From assembly GCA_053919585.1 (NCBI GenBank), contig CM132807.1: a stretch of 64,000 bases of DNA; one strand, 5' to 3'. This stretch comes from Euprymna scolopes. Taxonomy: Eukaryota. Below are positions 54,477 through 64,000 of this stretch, piece after piece; the first letter of the stretch is position 1; each line of letters starts with the position of its first letter. A model generated the notes under the pieces. The model was not told the DNA's origin, ran no database searches, and saw only the letters and a program-made list of their open reading frames with translations. The position numbers were made by a program, and so were the translations under genes.

Positions 54477-57067
54477 CCTTTCAAGAATAATGAATAATTA
54501 ATAATTTAAGTATAAACTAAAAGCCAGTCAACTAGTGCGTATGAAATATTCACAAATTCATGCTGTTCGAGTATTATGAATTGTCTAATGTCCGCGCCCG
54601 CATAGTATTAGAGAGTATTTCCAATGTGTGAGATTATATTTAAGGCATTGCTGTTACAGCCTACGTTTTCATATCTATATAACGTGTTCACAATGGTGTT
54701 ATCGACACTATATACTTATATAATAATAGATTTATTTTTTATTGAAAAGTAACTAATATTTATGAACTGAATTATGTTTTCGGTGATGAAATCTATAATG
54801 GATTTTCTATATGAATAATTAAATCGCATTTAAATGTTTCTTTGTTATCTTTTAATATGCCACGGATCTATGGTATGCCGGTTCAAAGTAAGATTTCTGT
54901 AACGTCTTTTAAAATACATAATGTAAAAAACATAGCAGGGCAATGACCTATTTAGTTCAATGTGTACAGCGAACTCAAAACCAATAGCATGCTGTCTAAG
55001 GAATGTTTAATAAATACAAGATCAGAACGAGTCATAAATTGTTTCCATTAGACTAGAAATACTCTATCTCGTCAAAAGTCATCTAATGATTCTTGAGTGT
55101 GAATTAATAATATATATATATATATATAGGTTATTTATTTATTAAAAGCAAATAGTCATAAACAAAAAGAGATAAAATAACTGATAATTGTTAACAGAAA
55201 AATAGGTATACTCTATTGCGAAAAAATTAATAAAGTAATAAAAAAGCAGATGTGTATATACGTGTGTGCTTGGACTTTTTATTTAAGTATTTAGAACATA
55301 TAATTGTAGGACTAATCACAATAAATATACAGATTACACTAGAAGGACTCAACGATATAAATATAGTTTGGTTAACATAACCGTCTTTATAACCTATCTA
55401 GAAAATAAACTTCTAATTTTCGTAATGCAAAATTAAGAGATGTTTAATGCGTTTTATTTGATAAAATGCAAAGGTTTTGATAAGATTAATTAGAATGAAT
55501 TAATAAAAAATATATATATATAATAAAATGATTAATTTAAAATATCATTTAACGTGCCTTGTTGAAATTCATAAATTGTAATTAATATATTGAAATAAGG
55601 GAAGTAGTTGGGTATATTTCTTACGTCATAACACTTTTCTCAGACTGAATCTACAAAATAGTTAACGGAGAAGTAAAGAAATCCTCATTAATACAAGGAA
55701 AATGGTTAATAAAACAAAAATAAATTAGATCTAGCAATAAATATATTTGTTATAGTTCTAATATAAATATTTATTTTAATAATTTAGTTAGATTAGTTAA
55801 TATTAAGATTGTACCGATTATTTACTAAGAAAAACGTAGTATATGTTTATGAATGCGTTAGTTCTTTTTAAAATTATATACACCAACTAAATTTAACGTC
55901 GCTAGGATAAGTTTGACAACAGGTTCTTTTAAAAATAAAAAAATAAATGTATTAATATACATGTTTCGTGTTTAATTAAACCATATGGAAACTTATTTGC
56001 AATACGTAAAATTAGGTTAAAATATATATAAATCTATAAACAAAATAGCTTCTATTTTCTTTAAAAATTGGGTCCTCATGTGATCGTGTCCAATTTATTT
56101 TTCATTTTTTTTTTTAATTACTAAACTCACATTTTTCTGATGTGAACGCGTAAAAAATCAGCCAATAGTAAAAAAATGACTGTAATATTTTTTAATGTGA
56201 TGTGTGTCATTGAATAAATAGGAAAATAAATAACATCTTCGACTTCGGAATATAAGTCCTTTGTCAACGATTCATACATACTTTCTTATTAAATTCAACA
56301 TACATAAGGCTTCAGAAATAAAATTATATGAAATATATTTGGAAAAGCGTCTTTCCACACACACACACATACACACATACACACACACATATATATGTAT
56401 ATATATACATATATATAGTATGATCCGTTTGCACGCAGTCGTGAAATAAAGATTATTTCTAATCTTTTTTTTTTCACAAATTGCTCCATAACGTTCAAAC
56501 AGATCTTACTTCAGTATTGCACATATTTTTATTTTATAATTGAATTTATTTGAGAACATTATAAATCCGACTTATTCTTATGAGACCATTGCCTGTTATG
56601 ATCATGCTGTCTTTAATATATATTCCGACTCTATCTCATTTCATTTTGATTTTGCATCTTTAATTTTTAATTCACTATTCTATTTTTAATGAATCTTTGC
56701 ACTAAAACTCCATTTGCATTTATATCTTATTTTCATATTATGTTGTTTCAAAATATGTAAGTAACTAGAAATTTATAGCTTCACTATATTTTTTTGTTTA
56801 ATAATATCTCCTCTCTGATTAGATGACACCTTTCTTAAGAAAAGTTTAATATTTATTATTTGAATATTCTGCCGAACAAAATATTCATGTTATATGGAAT
56901 TTATAGAAGTGTGTTCTCTGACAAACTGTATTTTCTATCTTAGTTGCATTGAGCATTTAATTTACTTGGGATTAATATTGATATTTAAATTCTCTTTAAG
57001 TTTATCTGCTTTTGCCTTGTAAACTTATTTTTTTACTTTACACACAAACACACACACATACACACAC

Positions 57068-57101
<34 letters not shown>

Positions 57102-58368
57102 TCATATATATACACTTAGAACATTATTAAACAAACTTGCGTAGATTGCCAACATAAAGCGTACGGTATTAATAGAAAGATTATGAAGGTATTTCTGATA
57201 ATTTTCGGTAACCTTCCCACAACGGTAAAGCCAGCCTGATTGAGTGTTTAGCTGATTGTGAAGGCACATTTTTGTTTTATTTGTTTGATGTATATATGTG
57301 TATATATTATGCGTTTGCGTACCTACGTGCTTTAAGAAACACGTTCGAGAAGAGCCCCCTGATTTATTGTCTGCTCTATGCACTATAGATTATTGTCACG
57401 ATTCACTAAATCTTTTTTCATGTAGCATAGAAAGTTAACAGTTAAAGTAGAGATATGTCACTCTTCAGTATTGTCATGATATGATTGGTGTGTTGGCGTA
57501 TTGTGTATGTGGGTATCATTGTAGATAATATCAAAGTAACAAAGATGAGAAAAAGTATTATTCTCGTCATTTCTGCTGTAAAATATATACATTTAAAATA
57601 TGTCAATCTATATATGTTTTATATAATATTATAAACAGTGTGAAACTTCCGAGCATACTTGCCTTCTTGCTGGAATCTTGTATTCTAATTTTTTATGCCT
57701 CTTTGTTTGTTTGTTCACAATTTCATACCTGTTCACAATTTCATACCTGTCCACAAAAGATACACTGCTTTCTAAATTAATGTTCATACAGAAACGGAGT
57801 TTTATACGCATTTATTCAAGCACATGTTCTCTATATACAATTTAGTCAAAGTTATTGACATTTTATTAGCAACATCATCTGTTAATATAATCAGGAAATA
57901 TATTTTGATAGTTAGCTCGATGTTCATAATTGTTTTCAAAATAAACTCTTTATAATTGTTCTATTTAGAAATATTAGTAAAAGTTCATTGATTTAATTTA
58001 TTTTTAATTGAATTTATATTAACTGTATTGTATTTTTATTATAGTTTACAACTTTTGCGGTTAAATATGGAAGTAAACTTATTTTATTAAGCTATAGGAG
58101 TTATTTTCCTTTGCAGTTATTAAATTGTGATTATCATGGACAAAAGGAATAGTAATTTATAGTTTCCCTTCAGCCAATATGTGGTCACTTTTCCTAAAGT
58201 TTCAATCGGTTAATCGATGCAGAAATTGTCATTATTCTTTTATAGATTTAATTGTGTCCCCATTGTTTCCCACGAACTGCCTTGATATAGCCTTCAAAAA
58301 CAGTTATTTTTCTACTATGCACAATACTTCAAAGAAACTATAACATCAATCTCATGAATGCATATATA

Positions 58369-59962
58369 CAGTCCGTACTTGTCATATTTTCAAAATCCAC
58401 AAATTTAAGCTTAATTGAATGTAACTGTTTAAACAAAATCATTTAATCTAATTTTATTTTACCTGTTCATATGTATCTTTTAATCGAAGTACACTAGGGT
58501 TCACGTTAATTTAAAAATAAATAACTTCAATTTTAGATGGCAAAAAGAAACTCCGCAGACACAAATGAGCTTCACATATCTACATTTTAGGCAACAAAGT
58601 ATCTCTAATCGTAATCGTTGTTGTTCCAGTTTATACAACGTAACATTTAGTCGATATGCTTCGACTTTCTCTCAATGACTGGCAGGAGCTTATCTCCACA
58701 TTTCTTTTTTTTTTTAATCGGGAAATTAGCAGCAGATTTAGATGTGATTAGAAACCGGCACGAATGATTGCAAAAGAACCAAAACACCGCCAGTGTTCGT
58801 GATGCCTCTAAATCTGGTTGTCCTAGAGTTTCTTTTTACAGGGAATGCAATGCAATCAGGATCCGCAGCCTCAGAAACAGACTGTACTTGTCTCCCCAAA
58901 TCCAACAACAGTGCAATCTTGTAATAAACTGCTCCCTTTTTAAAATTAAAAACTAATTAAAGGAATTTAATTTGCAAGGCTGTGTTGTAAGACGCAAGCC
59001 AATGATTACTGAAAAAAAAACAGAAAGTACCGTCTAAAGTTCGTCAGATGCAATGGATATCATGACACCTTATATTGGCCGAAAGTCATTTTAATCGATA
59101 AAAGATGATGCAGTGATGATAGGCAATATCTCGTCGAAAGAAACGGGCGACGAATTTAATCGTTGGTGAACAGTTTAAACGTACCAAAGTCGTTGATTTA
59201 GTAGTTTTGGTGGGGGGGGGGGGCGTTATTAGTGCCATTGGGTCAGAGACTTTATTTCGCTCGCAAGGTTGAATTGATTCAATCAAATAGATAAATATGC
59301 TGACTGAGCAATTACTACCCAAATTTGGCCTAAATTTGGAGGATAATCAAACTTTCATGCGGAATAATAATCCCATTCACACAGTTGACAATGTCAAGAG
59401 GTTCCTGAAAGAATATGATATTCCGTGTTAGTGTTGTTCTGCCCAATCTCCAGACGCCATTCCGATCGAAAATGTATGGCATTACATCAAGCAAGAACTA
59501 CGCATTGATGAAACCACATCAAACAATAGCTACGCATTGATAAAATATCTAATTCGGAAGAAATTTATATAAAAATACAAGAGAAGTGTGATTATCTTTC
59601 ACCGGAGTGTTGCCGCAGACTAATTCAAGGAATATCCAAAAGGATTGCAGGCTAATTGCAGAACGGTTATGCTAATAAATATAAACTACTTCATTGTGTT
59701 TCTGTTGTAGTTGTGTTACAAAAATTTTCTAAAGTTACATTTAAATAGCAATTTTCGATTGTGTTAAGATTCTTTTTGTCTTTTCGAATTGAAGTCATTT
59801 TAAATTAATATAAACAACATCACACTTCAAGTAAAAACTAAATATGAGCGTGTAAAATTATAACGGAATAAAAGACGAATCAAATGAGGTATAGGTTGTT
59901 TAAACCGTTACATTTAATTTATCTTATACTTGCGCTTTTTAACAACTGACAAGTGCGGACTT
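58369..59962 (+). mobile_element. Tc1 (DD34E) transposon, decayed, same family as 14694-16110
   Basis: TA|CAGTCCGTACTTGTC...GACAAGTGCGGACT long TIRs. Remnants SGCPRVS and FMRNNNPIHT...AQSPDAIPIENVW, with 34 residues between the D position and E. Confidence 0.88.
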
Positions 59963-59972
59963 TCTTTTTGCG

Positions 59973-60007
<35 letters not shown>

Positions 60008-60063
60008 CACACAAACTGAAATAACACGGTGTTTATATGATAGAGAATCCTCTCGGAACTATA

Positions 60064-60133
<70 letters not shown>

Positions 60134-62550
60134 CGTATAATTAGGCAATATTCAATCATTTATATATGTCTGATTGAATATCGGAGCAAAGCTTATCATA
60201 TTATTTTTGGTCCATTTTTCAATATGGCAGCTTAATTTCTCTCATTTTCCAGGAAAGTTTCCCATCATACTTACGCCGTTTTGCTTCAACTAGTGTGGAA
60301 TAATGAAGGTTCATTGATCAATTGATTTATCATATTATGAGTATATAAACATTTGAGTATACCATCCCTACTCCAAACCACGGTCCGGTGATTGGTTGAA
60401 TTAGCAATATCTGTAATGTGGATAGGCGCAGTTCGTAATATGAGATGGCCACTTGGTTATGTTTTCTGTAAGGTGTTTTCAAACTTTTTTTTTTGCTTGT
60501 GTGTAGCTAAGTATGGATAAGATTGCTCTTAGAAAAGAGGGTAGTATTACGGTTTTTGTGCCCTAGTCTAGGGATAAATAACGCCGCAAACATATTACTT
60601 AAAAATAAAAAGATTGAAAAAAAGATAATTTGAAAAAAAAACATTTTATTACAAAGAAAAAAAACAAAAACGGAGTAGAAAGGACATGAATTTCTAATGC
60701 ACTTTTTACAACCGTAGCAGTGGAAGAAGGAATGATCCTGTTTTCTGAGTTATTTTCCTTTTTGATTAAGGTAATTTTTTATAGTAATATTTTGTTGTAT
60801 TTTAGATATAAATGCTTTGGGGCAAATATAATTAAGAATAATCTCTATTTACCAGTTATTGATGAAATAGATTTTTTCTTCGTATCTTTTAGTCCAGTTC
60901 ATCTGTTATTGGAGGACTCGAATTTATGAACGCGCCCCAGTGATATATTATTACTGACTATAAATAGCATTTATTTGCTATTCATAATCGTAGCTAGAGA
61001 ATGTTCTAGAGATAACAGAAAAAAATAATTTTCTCGTCCATCTTTTTGAAAATCTCCAGAGACGCTAAAAAACGTTTTACATTCAAATTCTTAAGTAATA
61101 CTTTTTATATTATTTTATAAAATCTTTTATTGATATTTCTTTTTAATTAGGTAATTTATTATATTTATATCATTATATAATATTTTAAGTATTTTTATTT
61201 TGTTATAATCATGAATAATAATAATAATAATTATGTTTTTAAGTTTTTATTACATGTTATTATTTGGATAATTAATATAATCTTTTGTGTAATAAATTAT
61301 AATTTCTTCATAGCGTAAAAGGAATGTATGTCCTCTTATGACAGTATCTTCAAGTGATTAACAGCGACGAGATAGAAATACTGAGTTTCCTTACTGTATA
61401 ACAGTAATTATTGCCTTCCATAACTATTGTCTGACCAGGTTGTTGTCTCTCAATGTATGGCCAACTAATATGTTACTTTCTGGAGTAGGATTAAAACGCT
61501 ATCTTCAAACAATGCTAACCATAAAGGGTTGAGATAGCATGACTTCTCACTCCATCACGGTCCCTGAATAGAGATCAGGATTGGGGTGATCGTCATATAA
61601 ACTCAATTTTATCTATTAGATTTGTCTTCTAGAGTCTATCCGTACTGAATCATATTATATTGTTTTATTGTTTATTTCTCATTTTGAATCCTTTGAAGTC
61701 TTATGTAAAAAATATTTAAAAATCACAGACGATAATAATCAAATGAAATGCAAGTATTTATTAATGTGACTGCTTTCATTTATGCATTGAAATCATATTA
61801 TCATCATCAAACATATTCTTTTTCGATCGAATGTAGACTTACTAATAACTTAACAATAAGCATGTAAGACTCCAAGTAATATTTACAGCAAAGTTAGGAA
61901 TAGTTTTGGAATGTGGAGATTAAATTAAAGCGAATGAATTCTACCATTTACAATAAATAAAAATAGACAAAATGGAGGCCTCCGCTGGATGACAGAACCC
62001 CATTAAAAACATACATAAAGGTGTTCGATACTATTTCCTATTAACTAATTTATGTTACAGAACCAGGAAAATCACTCTAAACTGTCTAAGAGGTACTATA
62101 AAATGTTTCAAATGATTATCAACGACCACAATAAAAAATACCAAAGGAGAGTTATAAATGTACATTTTAAATAGCAAATATAATAGTTGTAGCATCACAT
62201 GAATAGAAATATTAAGTTAATAAATAGGAGAAATATACAGTCTAATACGCAGACGCGTTTTCTATTAAAATAATTGGTTAGCCAAAATGTATCCTTTAAC
62301 AAGTCACATATTTAAGCAATAAAATTCCATTAACCGATATACTACACAAAAAAGCTTTTGATAATCTCGTGAAACATATCTTAGTGTGAAAAAGACTGTC
62401 GGCATATAAAAAAAATGATTAATTATTCCAAACATTATAACCAAACAAAGATGAGCTTACTTCGTAGCTAGGAACACAAGTGCAATCATATTTAAATTCT
62501 AAAATTATGAATGAGAATCAGTCGGCATATTACACTGTTTTATGTTTATA

Positions 62551-63878
62551 TAGGCACCGCCAAAACTGGGGGGGGCAGGTAAGTACTTTTTTTACGGACC
62601 GTCTTTTTAAAAATCTACCAAAAATCAGGTAATTATCCGATCAATACGAAATTTTCAGCGATTATTAAGAGAAGAATGAACTTTATAACGGTGTACTTAT
62701 TTTTCATAAACGATATTTATATATACATATATTTTTGCTTACAAAACCCCCCTTGTTTTGAAGTGGGAACAAATATGCTTAAAATAATCATCTGAAACTG
62801 AACACAACATATTGTGTTGTTGTAAGGGACAGAAATATAGATTTAAAAAAATTGTTTGCATACCTTATTTTGACATCTGAATATCAGAACTTCGATTGTG
62901 TTTAATTATCCCGCTTTTGAGTTTTGAAGTGTGAAATTCGGTGAATATGTTAAGTAAAATAATTAATTTAAGTTAAGCAAAACAATTTTTTTAAATATTT
63001 ATACGAAAAAAGCCATCTTAAAATCTTTGATAAATAAATTAACATTTTTTTTAGCGAGCCGAATAATGCATGACCATTATTAAACAGGGCATGCTTTGAA
63101 GAATCGATACCAAAAAAAAAAAATTCGATAAATATTGTGCCCTTTGTGTTAAAAATATCACCATTTTTTTCGATCCCGTTTAAAAACGTTTGCCGCCTTT
63201 CGACTACGGTGGACCAAACGCGCTGAAATAATTTTTTTTTTATTCTGCTTTAAATTGCCCCCCCCCCCATTTTGGGGAGCCTGTCCCCCACACACATAAA
63301 CATTAAAAACCAAACTCATACAAATGGTCACCCATCTGGTACTGGCCAGCCTCAGCTTAATAATACATTGAAATTTTCGTCACTGAAAAATAATTTTTTT
63401 TGCCTGTTTGGTCTTCCATAGTTTGCTTCTTATCAAACGCAAACGTAAACAGTGTCGATCTAGACTCTAGATCGACGCGAAATAATCGGTTACATATATG
63501 AATAAGTGGAATTATTTGAAATCCAGGTACTTATATTATAATATTTTTGCATATTCTCTTAGAAAATAATCCTAAATCTTAGTTAGACAATAAATAAATA
63601 AATTAATTATTTCAAAAACTTTTTTTTAAATATTTATGAACGTTTTTTGTGCAAGACAAAAAATGTCAATTGTTAACTGTTTGGGAAAATTTAACATTTA
63701 AAATTTAATTAAAAATAGTAGAAAAAGTTTTACATTATTCTGCTAACTATATGATAAAATTCAGGGTTTTATCTTTCTGGAAAAAAAAAGTTACTCAGAA
63801 ATAATGGATTTTAATAAATGTAATTTCGTTTTAAAACCAACAACAACTTGATTTTGCGGCCATTTTTGGCGGTGCCTA
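62551..63878. mobile_element. Non-autonomous hAT-type DNA transposon (15-bp perfect TIR, 8-bp TSD)
   Basis: TAGGCACCGCCAAAA at 62551 and TTTTGGCGGTGCCTA ending at 63878. TGTTTATA is duplicated at 62543-62550 and 63879-63886. No transposase ORF. Confidence 0.88.
63321..63360 (-). pseudogene. Short 5S rRNA / 5S-SINE fragment (box C region)
   Basis: ggtcacccatctggtactggccag...gcttaa resembles the reverse complement of 5S and shares cccatctggtact with the 21.8-kb SINE head. Confidence 0.5.
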
Positions 63879-64000
63879 TGTTTATAACATAATTTCATCA
63901 TTCTATCCAGCCAGAAACTATATATTCTTCCTAGTGATATCATCAGCTTACATAAGAGCCACTACATAAAGGTCGTCGCTTTTTTAAATACTTATGTATT

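Overview
AT-rich eukaryotic (invertebrate animal-like) genomic DNA with no recognisable intact host gene. It reads as intronic or intergenic sequence packed with decayed transposons and (TA)n/(TAA)n/(TG)n microsatellites. Retroelements identified: an RTE LINE 3' end, two CR1-group LINE copies, one well-preserved and one very old Penelope-like element (RT + GIY-YIG), and a 3'-truncated Ty3/gypsy relic. DNA transposons identified: several Helitrons (one with a PIF1-helicase relic, plus three non-autonomous families), five Tc1/mariner elements (two DD34E Tc1, one DD37E/TRT-type, one DD37D/maT, one mariner) and a non-autonomous hAT with a perfect 8-bp TSD. The most unusual items are: (i) a 283-bp 5S-rRNA-headed, TSD-flanked SINE whose tail ends in what looks like the first half of a hammerhead-ribozyme core; (ii) a nested fold-back at about 24 kb built from two inverted hammerhead-like motifs; (iii) a ~1-kb diverged palindrome at 41-42 kb; (iv) a 3-kb Helitron made of stacked inverted-repeat modules, inserted precisely into the gypsy protease; (v) a frameshift shared by both CR1-group copies. 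The ten N-runs appear to be masked long (TA)n tracts rather than random gaps. All calls come from reading the sequence by eye; no searches were run.
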